The notes under the pieces are model-generated. The model made no database searches and was not told where the DNA came from. It saw nothing but the letters and a program-made list of their open reading frames with translations. A stretch of DNA of 64,000 nucleotides from a virus: IMG/VR virus record IMGVR_UViG_3300043607_000039, positions 29,001-93,000 of that record. One strand, given 5' to 3'. A program made the position numbers and the translations under genes. Each line of letters begins with the position of its first letter. Positions within the stretch are counted from its first letter, which is position 1. Positions 55,337 to 64,000 of the stretch are shown here, piece by piece.

Positions 55337-56101
55337 CTAGACCTTCAGCACGCCGGCCGCGGTGGCTGCCGCGACCCAGGTGTCCAGCTCGTCCACGACA
55401 GCCTCGGCGAACTCCATGTCGGAGCAGGTGAGCAGGTTCAGGCCACTGCCCTTCTCCGGCTTGGCGTCCACGTTGTCCAGGAGCCGCTTGCTGTCGTCGA
55501 GGTCGTCCAGTTCGGACAGGTAGTCCACCTCGCGCAGGGCCAGGAACTTGATGAACACCGGGTAGCCGGCCAGCTCGCACACGAGCTTGGTGGTGGCCTT
55601 CTTGTCGTTCGGGTTCCCGTCAGTGAAGACGAGCAGGATGATTGGCTCATCAGTGTCCTCGGCCATCGCCTTGACCACCCGGAGCGCGGCAGCCAGGTCG
55701 GTGCTGCCCATGTCGTTGCGGTTGTACAGCTGCGTCGACACGACGTTGGAGAAGTTGCTCTGGTCGACGTCCACGGCCGGCCAGATCTTGTCGTCGAACC
55801 GGATGACGGGCACGGAGCCGTCGGAGTCGAACTGGAACGAGACGCCCAGCGCCCGCTCCATGAGCTTCTGTACGGCGCCGGAGTTGAAGTCGCCAGCCAT
55901 GGAGAGGGAGTGGTCGAGCAAGACGAGAACCTTGCCGCGGATGCCGGACAGGTCACGCTTGCTTAGCGCCATGCCCGCCTTCTCGGCGTACTTAGCCAGC
56001 GACTCGTAGCCGTCCGCGCGAACCTTGGTCAGGTCGACGGCAGGAGCACCGCTGGCGTCCTTGGTTAAGGTGACCGTCCTCTGTGGAGCGGAGGTACCCA
56101 T
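55337..56101 (-). CDS. vWA domain protein (TerF C-terminal type)
   Basis: LLDHSLSM, FDSDG, FTDG.P, YL..LDD..R.LDN. Confidence 0.85.
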   Translation of the reverse strand: MGTSAPQRTVTLTKDASGAPAVDLTKVRADGYESLAKYAEKAGMALSKRDLSGIRGKVLVLLDHSLSMAGDFNSGAVQKLMERALGVSFQFDSDGSVPVIRFDDKIWPAVDVDQSNFSNVVSTQLYNRNDMGSTDLAAALRVVKAMAEDTDEPIILLVFTDGNPNDKKATTKLVCELAGYPVFIKFLALREVDYLSELDDLDDSKRLLDNVDAKPEKGSGLNLLTCSDMEFAEAVVDELDTWVAAATAAGVLKV

Positions 56102-56150
56102 GGAAGGGTTCCCCTTTCTGTGTTGGGTGGGTGGTTCGTTGCGGGTGGGA

Positions 56151-57182
56151 CTAGTGGGCGGCGAACACGCCGTCCAGCTCGTAGGTCTGGCCGTTGGCCA
56201 GGGCCTTGAACGCCCAGCTGCCGTCGGCCTGACGGTAGATCTTGGCGAACTCGATGGACTGGACCGGGCCAGCGTCCTCGCTGAGGTCGAAACGCAGGAC
56301 CTCGGTCTCGGTGGCCTCGTCCACGAGGCGCACGAAGGCGTTCTCGACCAGGCCGAAGTTCAGGTTGCCCCGGTCCTTGGCCTCGTAGATGGTGACGTAG
56401 ATGCGCAGGTCCACCACCTCGGCCGGAAGCGCAGAAAGGACGACAGAGACCTGCTCGTCGTCTCCGTCGCCCTCGCCTGTGAGGTTGTCGCCGTGGTGGG
56501 TGATGGCACCGGCCGGGCTGGTCTTCCGGTTGAAGAAGATGCGCCAGTCCTCGGAGACAGCTTTGCCGTTGGCATCGCATCCGATGACAACGGCATCCAG
56601 GTCGAACTCAGTGCCGGCGGCAGCACCCTTGCGGGTGTCCCAACCGAGACCAATGGTGATCTTGTCTAAGCCACTGCTGCCAGCGTCGGCAGCAGCCTTG
56701 CCTAAGTCGACCTTCTGGCCCTTGACGGTGCTGATGCTCATGGGAGATCCCTTCTTTGGCTTACTCGTGATGAGGTAGCCACTCGGTGCGGTGGACAGCT
56801 CCTGGCCGATGCCGAGGAGCCAGAGGTAGACCCCAGTGCCTTGCAGGGGGGTCAGCTCGCAACGTTCGTCGACTGACGAAACGTCGCGAGCGTTGATGAG
56901 GCCGGACGGTACCACGGTGCGTCCATTGAACTGCTCGACGAGGTACCAGTCGCCGACGGCCGTGCTCTCGATGCACCGTCCCCATTGGACAATGGTGCGG
57001 GTGGGCACGAACGAGTCGCCGGGGCCGGCCATGAGATGGATGGTGCTGGCCGCGCCGCTGTTGAACAGGAACTTACGGAGGAGGTGCCAGCCCTTGTTCG
57101 AGATCGAGAACGGCCGACTCCAGCTCGCCTCGATGTGAGCGCCGAGGTCAGCGCGAGGCGCAAGGCTCCACCAGGTGGACAC
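56151..57182 (-). CDS. terD: TerD family protein with in-frame ~147-aa N-terminal extension (internal start at 56741)
   Basis: KGQKVDL..GLGWD..FDLDA..H.GDNLTGEGDGDDEQ..NFG.V.NA. Confidence 0.88.
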   Translation of the reverse strand: MSTWWSLAPRADLGAHIEASWSRPFSISNKGWHLLRKFLFNSGAASTIHLMAGPGDSFVPTRTIVQWGRCIESTAVGDWYLVEQFNGRTVVPSGLINARDVSSVDERCELTPLQGTGVYLWLLGIGQELSTAPSGYLITSKPKKGSPMSISTVKGQKVDLGKAAADAGSSGLDKITIGLGWDTRKGAAAGTEFDLDAVVIGCDANGKAVSEDWRIFFNRKTSPAGAITHHGDNLTGEGDGDDEQVSVVLSALPAEVVDLRIYVTIYEAKDRGNLNFGLVENAFVRLVDEATETEVLRFDLSEDAGPVQSIEFAKIYRQADGSWAFKALANGQTYELDGVFAAH

Positions 57183-57228
57183 GTAAGCTCTCTCCAGGGC
57201 TTGTGTGGGGTACGGGTACGAGTATGCC

Positions 57229-57435
57229 TCAGGGCGTCAAGGTGATGGGCAGATTGGGTCCACATTCGGGTGGCTCCTGGCCCATCTTCTTGTAGAAGCG
57301 CTGTTGCTCCGCGGCCATGACCCTGTCGTACTCCGGGGTGTGGACGAGGCCGCGGGCGACCTCACCGTTGTACACGGCCAACGCCTCGAACTCGTAGATC
57401 ACTTTTCCGCGCCTGTTCAGGTTGAGCCACGGCAT
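57229..57435 (-). CDS. Hypothetical protein
   Basis: YNGEVARGLVHTPEY. Confidence 0.5.
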   Translation of the reverse strand: MPWLNLNRRGKVIYEFEALAVYNGEVARGLVHTPEYDRVMAAEQQRFYKKMGQEPPECGPNLPITLTP

Positions 57436-57842
57436 CAGTTTGCCTCCTCCGAGATGAAATCGATCATCAGGGACAACACCCGATCCTCGGTGAGGGTGTA
57501 CTTCCAGGCTGCGGTGAGGACGTCGTAGTCCACGCCCTCCAGGTCCACGATCTTTCCGACGTTGCAGCCGCAGCCGCAGATCGCCACGAACCCATGCTCC
57601 AAGGCCCACTCCTTCCAGCCCGGCTGGTTCTCCCCCTTCACTACCCAGCCAGCCCTGTTCATGGCGAGCGGGAAGTGGCCAAAGCCCGAGGCCTGAGAAA
57701 GGGTGCAGGCATAAGGACTAGCCATGTCCAATGTGGACATCTGGATACGGTTGACGTCGAACCCCAGCTCAGTCCCGGGTCCCTTGAGCCAGGCCAATCC
57801 TCGTAGCGCCCGCTCGTGGGCGACCTGCTTAACCGACGTCAT
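57435..57842 (-). CDS. Paralog family protein 1
   Basis: RG.AWL..G..L.M.S..C.L.Q..GF. Confidence 0.65.
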   Translation of the reverse strand: MTSVKQVAHERALRGLAWLKGPGTELGFDVNRIQMSTLDMASPYACTLSQASGFGHFPLAMNRAGWVVKGENQPGWKEWALEHGFVAICGCGCNVGKIVDLEGVDYDVLTAAWKYTLTEDRVLSLMIDFISEEAN

Positions 57843-58237
57843 GGTGTCTTGGCCTGGAGGGCGGTCCGCTCTTCCTTGACCAGCTCACGCCAGACCTGAT
57901 TCAGGTGGTCTATGCCGATGCCCTCGTCCGGGTCGCTGGTGAAGCCGCGGTCGGCGGCCCACTCCCACCCTTCCATCTGCGCCCTAAATCCGGAACCAAC
58001 GGGGCCCAGGACGGCGCCGAGGGTGGCGTTATACCCATCCATTTCAACACCACTGAGCTGACCCAGCACACACCTGGCGCAACTGTTGATGTTCAGCTGG
58101 GCCAAGTTGACTTTGGCCAGCGGCCGGAGACCGTAGATCGGCCCCGACTCCTGGAGCCAGGCGCGGCCCTTCTCGGCCGCGGTACGGGCCAGGGCCAGTG
58201 ACTCCTCGTTAGTGAAGCCTCGAATCGGACGCATCAC
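57839..58237 (-). CDS. Paralog family protein 2
   Basis: KGRAWL..GP..CVLGQ..RGF. Confidence 0.65.
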   Translation of the reverse strand: MMRPIRGFTNEESLALARTAAEKGRAWLQESGPIYGLRPLAKVNLAQLNINSCARCVLGQLSGVEMDGYNATLGAVLGPVGSGFRAQMEGWEWAADRGFTSDPDEGIGIDHLNQVWRELVKEERTALQAKTP

Positions 58238-58641
58238 AACTCACCTCGTTCCTTGAGAATGGCCTCGCGCCAGGCGTGGTCGAGCAGTTCATAGGTCACG
58301 CCCGCGAGGCAGTTGTCGACGAACCCGTGCTCCGCCGCCCAGTTCATGCGCTGCTCATGGGTGGTCGTGTCCAAGCGGCCCTGAAAGATCTTCCTGATAG
58401 CGCTGCCGAACTCATCAAAACCAGTCCCGAGTCCGGCCAGTTGACCCAGGACGCATCTGGTGCAACTGCCCAGTCGCAGTGACTCAATGTCCACTTCAGA
58501 CAGTGGCCGTAGACCGACGGCCGGGCCGGACTCCAGGAGCCACGCAAGCCCCTTCTCGGCGAGCACTCGGGCGGCGTCGAGTCCCTCTCGGTGTCGCTCG
58601 GCCCAGTCAAGTCGCTCTGGGGTGAGGTAGGTATCAGTCAT
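58234..58641 (-). CDS. Paralog family protein 3
   Basis: KGLAWL..GP..CVLGQ..HGF. Confidence 0.65.
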   Translation of the reverse strand: MTDTYLTPERLDWAERHREGLDAARVLAEKGLAWLLESGPAVGLRPLSEVDIESLRLGSCTRCVLGQLAGLGTGFDEFGSAIRKIFQGRLDTTTHEQRMNWAAEHGFVDNCLAGVTYELLDHAWREAILKERGEL

Positions 58642-59027
58642 CAGTGCACCTCGTACTGACTGTTGGCAAACTTACGGTTGGCGATGGAGCTGCCGTAGAC
58701 GTTGCTGAGGAACTGTCCCTGCCAGCCCCAGTCGTCCATGACGTATTGGGCGAAGTCTTCCTCCCGGAGGACGATCGTTTCGCCCAAGGCCATTTCGATC
58801 ATTGCGATGGCCCGGTCGTAGTCGGAGGTGTGGTCGCGGGGGACTGGCTTCACGATCCGGATGTCGCGCCGCTTGCCGGCGCGCAGGAGATCGATCTGTG
58901 ACTGAAGTTCCTGCTCCGCTTCAGTCTGGAAGCCGGCGAGCGCCTCTTCGAAGATGGCCCGGTGGTCCTCGCGATTGGCCTGAAGCTTGGTCAGCAGGTC
59001 AGCCTTCAGGACCTCGATCTTTTCCAT
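58641..59027 (-). CDS. Conserved phage hypothetical protein
   Basis: NREDH..P.DH..DYDRAI.M..F.QYVMDDW.W. Confidence 0.65.
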   Translation of the reverse strand: MEKIEVLKADLLTKLQANREDHRAIFEEALAGFQTEAEQELQSQIDLLRAGKRRDIRIVKPVPRDHTSDYDRAIAMIEMALGETIVLREEDFAQYVMDDWGWQGQFLSNVYGSSIANRKFANSQYEVH

Positions 59028-59092
59028 GCCGCTCTCCTCCAGGAGATCTTGTACAGGACTCTTGCGCAGGAACCGTTCCACCGGACCCACGG

Positions 59093-59647
59093 TCACGAGG
59101 TCCGGATGTCTCGAACCGTGTTCTGGAACCTCCCAATGGCGTCCATGAGGTTCTTCCTGTGGCACAGGAGAGCGTTTGCCTCCTCCAGGGCCGCATCCCG
59201 CTGGGCCTTCAGTTCCGCGACCTGGGCCCTCAGTTGCTCGTTCTCGACGACCATCGTGGTGGCCGGCAAGAAGCCCTTGGCCTTGCGTAGTTCGTCCATG
59301 GCCCGGTGCAGGTCATCCCTCAGCTCCTGGTTACGCTCCCGGGCGGCGGTCAACGCCTTGGCGTACCTGATCCGCTCCTGGTTCCGGTCGCGGACGGTCT
59401 GCGCCATGACGGTGATCCGGTCCCGTAGGAACTGAGTCTTTGTCGAGTCGTGTTGCTGCTCGGCCTGGTTGTTGTGAAGCAGCTGCCGGAACAGCTTCCA
59501 CGCCAAGTCCTCCCAGGCGTCCCGCTTGCGGGCGAAGTTGGCCGAGGCCATGTACGCGACCTGTGCGCCGGAAACCTGTGCTGTAGCAACGTATCCGTTG
59601 CCCACGTTCTTGAGCTTCAGGATGCGCATGGGCTCCTCAGGCAGCAT
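59093..59647 (-). CDS. Coiled-coil hypothetical protein
   Basis: Coupled ORF. Confidence 0.55.
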   Translation of the reverse strand: MLPEEPMRILKLKNVGNGYVATAQVSGAQVAYMASANFARKRDAWEDLAWKLFRQLLHNNQAEQQHDSTKTQFLRDRITVMAQTVRDRNQERIRYAKALTAARERNQELRDDLHRAMDELRKAKGFLPATTMVVENEQLRAQVAELKAQRDAALEEANALLCHRKNLMDAIGRFQNTVRDIRTS

Positions 59648-60014
59648 CGACGGCCTCCTTCTTAGCCTGGTGCTTGGTCAGGACTTCGACCCACTCGGCG
59701 GACAGGTCGTGGAGACTGACGCCCCGTCGGTCAGTCGAGTGGAACACGCTACGGGGACAGACGTTGAACCCGCGCCGAGTGACCCACCAACACTGCATCC
59801 AGTCCGGCCACATACCCACGACGGAGATCAGCGCGAGCTTGAAGTGACCCGCAGGACTGGCCTGACCCAGCACACACATGCTGGAGGAGTTCATGCTCAG
59901 CCGGTTCACGTTGACCCGACTGATGTCGAGACCGTACTTCGGGCCCTTGGCCACCAGCCACTGGTAGCCGCGCTCAACGCGCTTACGGGCAACCTCTTGC
60001 GGATCCTTCATCAC
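59637..60014 (-). CDS. Paralog family protein 4
   Basis: RGYQWL..GP..CVLGQ..RGF. Confidence 0.65.
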   Translation of the reverse strand: MMKDPQEVARKRVERGYQWLVAKGPKYGLDISRVNVNRLSMNSSSMCVLGQASPAGHFKLALISVVGMWPDWMQCWWVTRRGFNVCPRSVFHSTDRRGVSLHDLSAEWVEVLTKHQAKKEAVDAA

Positions 60015-60049
60015 TGTCTCCAGATGTTGTTGTTGCTACGGCAGGGGAA

Positions 60050-60385
60050 TTATGAAACCAGCAACGCTTCGGCCAGGTCCTGTTGGTCGCGGGCCGCGGT
60101 CAGAACGCGGCGCCACTCATTCGTCAGTGCGGTATCACCACTCGGCCACGAGAAGCCGTGCGAGTCAGCCCAAGCCAGATTCTCGCCAATGACGTTGCGC
60201 ACGATGCGATGGAAGCTGGCGTTCTCGTCGAGGCTGGACAAGGCCAGGACGCAGTCGTAGCTACTGGCCATGTTGAGGGTCTTAGGGTTGACCCGCTCCC
60301 ATTCCAGTCCGAGCGCGGGCCCTTCGGTTTTGAGCCAGGTGAATCCACGTTGGACACATTCCTGGATTGTTGCTTCAGCAATCAT
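60050..60385 (-). CDS. Paralog family protein 5
   Basis: RGFTWL..GP..CVL..HGF. Confidence 0.65.
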   Translation of the reverse strand: MIAEATIQECVQRGFTWLKTEGPALGLEWERVNPKTLNMASSYDCVLALSSLDENASFHRIVRNVIGENLAWADSHGFSWPSGDTALTNEWRRVLTAARDQQDLAEALLVS

Positions 60386-60412
60386 GATGTTGCTCCTTCA
60401 CTCCTCGCACAG

Positions 60413-60985
60413 TCAGTACCTTTCCGGAAGAGGCCCGGTCCAACCCGGCGGAACGTAGAACTCCTTACAGTCGACCTGAAGGGGTTCAGAGCCGGGGATC
60501 AGGTCAACCACCTCGACGGTGGCCTGCTGCTGATCGACCTGCTGCCCCAAGCCGGCCGGGGAGCCATCCTCCAGTTCGCAGTAGATCGTGTCGCCGGCCT
60601 GGAGACGTTCGTTGGAGTCAACGAACAACGTGACCCGGAACAGTAGTGCGACCGGGTACTGGGCGTCCCAGCACAGCGACGGGAAAACGGGCGTCGTCCT
60701 CTCCCGAATCACAGGGTTGATCCCGGAGATTCCGACCCCGAAGCCGGATGCGTCGACTCCGCCGAAGTTCTCTTGACTGGAGCGCGCCGCCAACGTGATG
60801 ACCACGTTCAGGTGCGCGTCCACCTCCTGGCCGAGTCGTTTGCCTACTGCGTCAGCAAGCAAGAAGCGTTCATCGGGCTCACAGGCCACGCCGGCCGGGT
60901 CGTCCTGGACTCGGACCGGAGAGCAGCCTGTGAGCGCGAGCAGTAGCGCGGCCAGCGCCACACCAAGGCGCTTAGTCGAACTCAC
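60413..60985 (-). CDS. Lipoprotein
   Basis: LTGC lipobox; RTTP, GD.I.C. Confidence 0.7.
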   Translation of the reverse strand: MSSTKRLGVALAALLLALTGCSPVRVQDDPAGVACEPDERFLLADAVGKRLGQEVDAHLNVVITLAARSSQENFGGVDASGFGVGISGINPVIRERTTPVFPSLCWDAQYPVALLFRVTLFVDSNERLQAGDTIYCELEDGSPAGLGQQVDQQQATVEVVDLIPGSEPLQVDCKEFYVPPGWTGPLPERY

Positions 60986-61379
60986 TGGAGATCAGTCCCT
61001 TCAGGTGGTTGCGTTCGGCCAGCAGCATCATGAGGTAGCCGGCGGCCTCGCCGACGTCCTCTGGCGTCGGCGGCCAGGACAGGACGAGTCGCTCCATGAG
61101 CGCGGCCACGTCCGCGGTGGGTGGCGAATGGGGCTCGCCGCGGTCAACCGCGACCTGGACGTCGCTCAGCGTCTCCTGGAGCAGGGCCCAGGTCTGGCTG
61201 AACGAAACCAGTTGCACCAGCTTCTCGGGCATCGGGATCAGCTCGATAACCTTCCCCGGCGGTAGCCCGAAGCCGACCCAGGAAGATGCGCCGCGAGGGG
61301 GATGATTGAACCAGTCCTCCTCGGTGACCTCGACCCAGGTTTCGCCGTCCCGACTGAGGAAGTAGCGGCGCTCATTCAT
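60972..61379 (-). CDS. Hypothetical protein
   Basis: RYFLSRDGETWVEV. Confidence 0.55.
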   Translation of the reverse strand: MNERRYFLSRDGETWVEVTEEDWFNHPPRGASSWVGFGLPPGKVIELIPMPEKLVQLVSFSQTWALLQETLSDVQVAVDRGEPHSPPTADVAALMERLVLSWPPTPEDVGEAAGYLMMLLAERNHLKGLISSEFD

Positions 61380-62226
61380 CGGAATCCTCCTCGGACAGTC
61401 GGAGGAGGGCACCCTCTGGCTCAGATCCGTCAAACGTCATCCGGCCCTTGATGACTCCGTTACCGAAGCCAGCCGTTGCTAGCTCACCGATCGGGCCATT
61501 GAACCCAGACTGACGTTCGGCACGGATCCACCGGTCCCGGCTGACCTCCACCCACGTCTTGTCGAGGACGGAGAGGAAGAAGCGAGGCCCAGTCCGAACC
61601 GGAGGCTCCTCGACGGAGTCACAGCGGGGCTGGGACTGGAGGGTGTTGTCGTACGCCTCGTTCAGGGCGCGGACCAGCTCGGCCGCCATGCACCGGCACA
61701 GGTGCAGGTCCGAGTCGGTGACGTGTGGGTGCACCATGCCACCGGGTGTCGGGCGGTCGACCCGGTACTCCTCGGCCGGCTCAATGAGGACGCGGCAGCA
61801 CTCGCGCATGGCCGAACTGGACAGGATTACGCGCAACCGGGACCGGCCGATGTCATGGAACTCGGTGAACGTGCGCCCGCGGCCTAGGGGAATGGCATCG
61901 TGAGCCTGGGGGTCGAAGTTGTCACAGGCTCGCTCCACGCCATCGCGCCAGTCGGTGATGACGGGCTGCGCCTTCATCCGGACGTCCACTTGGTTGGCAA
62001 CGTACTCCGAGGGAAACAGCTCCCGGTCCAGGCTGGCCGTCATCATCAGAATGGGCTGGGCGGCATCGTGCTCATGGTTACGCAGACCACCGGGACCAGT
62101 GTGCTCGTGGAAGTGTGCGTCCCAGGCCTGCGGCCCATCGAGTTCGGGTGCGGCCTGGTTCCGGTGCACTTTCAACAAGTGCTGCCGGAGCATGAACAGG
62201 TTGTAAATGTCCTCGGCGTTGCTCAT
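61372..62226 (-). CDS. Hypothetical protein
   Basis: Long ORF; C-terminal RFFLS..TWVEV motif shared with downstream gene. Confidence 0.55.
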   Translation of the reverse strand: MSNAEDIYNLFMLRQHLLKVHRNQAAPELDGPQAWDAHFHEHTGPGGLRNHEHDAAQPILMMTASLDRELFPSEYVANQVDVRMKAQPVITDWRDGVERACDNFDPQAHDAIPLGRGRTFTEFHDIGRSRLRVILSSSAMRECCRVLIEPAEEYRVDRPTPGGMVHPHVTDSDLHLCRCMAAELVRALNEAYDNTLQSQPRCDSVEEPPVRTGPRFFLSVLDKTWVEVSRDRWIRAERQSGFNGPIGELATAGFGNGVIKGRMTFDGSEPEGALLRLSEEDSDE

Positions 62227-62374
62227 GACATGCTCCTCTGAGACAGCAGCACAAGCAGCTGAGTGAACTTGTGGAAGAGGGTGGAGAGAATATGGAACAG
62301 GGTTAGCTGGGCGAAGGCGAGCAGGAACAACAGGTTCGCCGCCATGAGCATGGTCGGGATGGTGGGCTTGACTC

Positions 62375-62737
62375 TCACGACGGCTCCCCATCCAGTCGCA
62401 GGGCGACCACGACCTTGGCCAACCACGTCAGCTCCTGGGTTCCCCAGCGCTTGCTGTGTTCGACCGTCACCCCGTTGTCCCGGAGGGTTTCGCGGGCCGC
62501 CGTGTTCGCCTTGCGGTCAGCGTGCTGGGGGAGCGTCTCCATCGAGCCCGGCGCCCCGTCGGAGCGCTCACGGGTGTCCCGCAGGAACCGGCTGATCCGT
62601 CCATTGGTTTCCACGACGGTGATGTGCTTTGGACCAATCACCTTGACCGTGCCAGCGGATGCCCGCTGCCTCATGCCGTACCCGTACAGCACCACGACCT
62701 CGTCACCAACGACAACAGGCCATTCGTCTTCGCTCAT
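62375..62737 (-). CDS. Hypothetical protein
   Basis: VVGDEVVV..GTVKVIG.K.ITV. Confidence 0.55.
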   Translation of the reverse strand: MSEDEWPVVVGDEVVVLYGYGMRQRASAGTVKVIGPKHITVVETNGRISRFLRDTRERSDGAPGSMETLPQHADRKANTAARETLRDNGVTVEHSKRWGTQELTWLAKVVVALRLDGEPS

Positions 62738-62967
62738 GCTTCCTCCTCGTTCTCTGTTGGGTAGATCTCTTCTCGGCTCAGGTGTCCCCGTCGAACGACG
62801 TCGGGCAGGTGTCCTATGTGCCAGAGCCCCGAGAGTTTGCACTTGTACGCGTGTAGGGACCGGTCGATACGTCTGGCTGCCTTTTTAGCGTTGGCCCGGT
62901 TCATGTAGGAGCGTTTGCCGCATTCACAGGTGACGAAGTACCAGGTTCGGTCTTTTCCTCCCGCCAC
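62734..62967 (-). CDS. Small Zn-finger protein
   Basis: CGKRSY..A...AYKC...WHIGH. Confidence 0.6.
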   Translation of the reverse strand: MAGGKDRTWYFVTCECGKRSYMNRANAKKAARRIDRSLHAYKCKLSGLWHIGHLPDVVRRGHLSREEIYPTENEEEA

Positions 62968-62971
62968 GGCA

Positions 62972-63370
62972 TCAGTTTCCGGTCTTTGTGTTGAGTGCCA
63001 GGAAGCCGATGATGACGGCCCAAAGGAGTCCGATCAGCACAAGGGAGGTGATGCCCATGGCGCGGTGCGGGTCCATCGGCTCTCTCGGCTCAATGTCCAC
63101 GGCACGTCCTACTGCCCTCGGCTCTTGGTTCGCGGTCAGGTAGTACGCCCGGCGGGGGAGTCGAGGAGTGCCTTCCTCGACCGCGAACACTTCGCCGGCC
63201 CGCTCCAGTTGCACCAGGGCCACATAGATGCGGCCCGAGTTGCCGCCGATGCTGGCCTGGATCTCGGTGCAGTGGCGGTCCCCGCCAGCAACGGCACCCA
63301 GTACGGCCAGGAACCAGCGACGTTCCCGCTGCCCCCGGCGAACCTTGAACCAGCTCACTGGACGCTCCAT
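62972..63370 (-). CDS. PadR-like wHTH with C-terminal TM
   Basis: SGRIYVALVQLERAG..RR.YYLT. Confidence 0.55.
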   Translation of the reverse strand: MERPVSWFKVRRGQRERRWFLAVLGAVAGGDRHCTEIQASIGGNSGRIYVALVQLERAGEVFAVEEGTPRLPRRAYYLTANQEPRAVGRAVDIEPREPMDPHRAMGITSLVLIGLLWAVIIGFLALNTKTGN

Positions 63371-63594
63371 ATCTCCCCGTTGGGACCGAGGCAGTAGTAG
63401 GTCCGGCCGCTGTAGGTGACGAACACATTCACGTGGGCATCAGGGTGGTTGCTGAGGCAGTCCTCAGAGAAGCTGTTCCTCACCGCGGCGTTGCGGGAGT
63501 TCGGGCCCAAGGTCAGCGCAACAACGACCACGATCACGGCCACAATGGCGACCAGTGTGATGATCGGGACTGCGTCCCTCAGCCCGTACCTCAT
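63355..63594 (-). CDS. Small membrane protein
   Basis: N-terminal TM helix. Confidence 0.5.
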   Translation of the reverse strand: MRYGLRDAVPIITLVAIVAVIVVVVALTLGPNSRNAAVRNSFSEDCLSNHPDAHVNVFVTYSGRTYYCLGPNGEIWSVQ

Positions 63595-63800
63595 GGGCGT
63601 TGTCCGATGAAGCCAGCGATCCAGAACCACACCCGCAGGACCAGTGAGGACTCCGGTGCGTAAGACCGGTGCCGCCCGACGTAGTTCTCCTCCGGTGCGG
63701 TCGGAAACGCCGGCCGGACCAGGCTTACAAGATTCCCCATCTCAACCTCACCCCACAGAACCACCAACAAGAACCTCAACCAACCACCCCACGATCCCAC

Positions 63801-63820
63801 ACCCCTACATCCGGGTCAAG
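63801..63820 (-). promoter_or_regulatory. Leftward promoter -35 with operator
   Basis: ACCCCTACATCCGGGT-CAAG. Confidence 0.6.
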
Positions 63821-64000
63821 AACCTACCGAAGGCTGGGTTACACCCCTAGATGCCAGGGGAAAAGGATCATGGGGGAAGGAGCGGGTGCAAGACCCTACG
63901 TGAAACCAGGGGTCAGGCACCCAGATGCCAGGGGAAGAAGATCAAGCACCCAGGCCACAGATCAGCCACCCAGCAACAACGTCCGCAGAACACAGACTCA

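Overview
High-GC actinomycete phage (or phage-plasmid) segment; no capsid, portal or integrase gene is recognisable in the window. Genes run mostly rightward over 1-41 kb and leftward over 41-64 kb, meeting at a bidirectional terminator. The left part holds about 45 tRNA genes covering all 20 amino acids, plus an amber suppressor and several aberrant tRNA-like RNAs, interleaved with HNH/LAGLIDADG endonucleases, DUF397 genes and secreted proteins. The main finding is the control region of the array: a sigma70-type promoter, then a 46-codon leader ORF whose core samples all 20 amino acids (18 consecutive different residues, 26 consecutive different codons), then overlapping antiterminator/terminator hairpins just before the first tRNA. 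This reads as a pan-tRNA-sensing attenuator. Other translation-rescue/RNA-repair parts are a tmRNA reduced to its tRNA-like domain, Ro60/TROVE with three Y RNAs, a GGQ release-factor-like protein, TrmH, an RlaP-like nucleotidyltransferase and a HAD phosphatase. Also present are a terminase with two inteins, a primase-helicase, an AAA ATPase, ParB-like genes, a ter cluster, a candidate ~570-nt structured ncRNA and a recurrent 16-bp palindromic operator in promoters. All calls are by eye; RNA boundaries may be off by a few nt.
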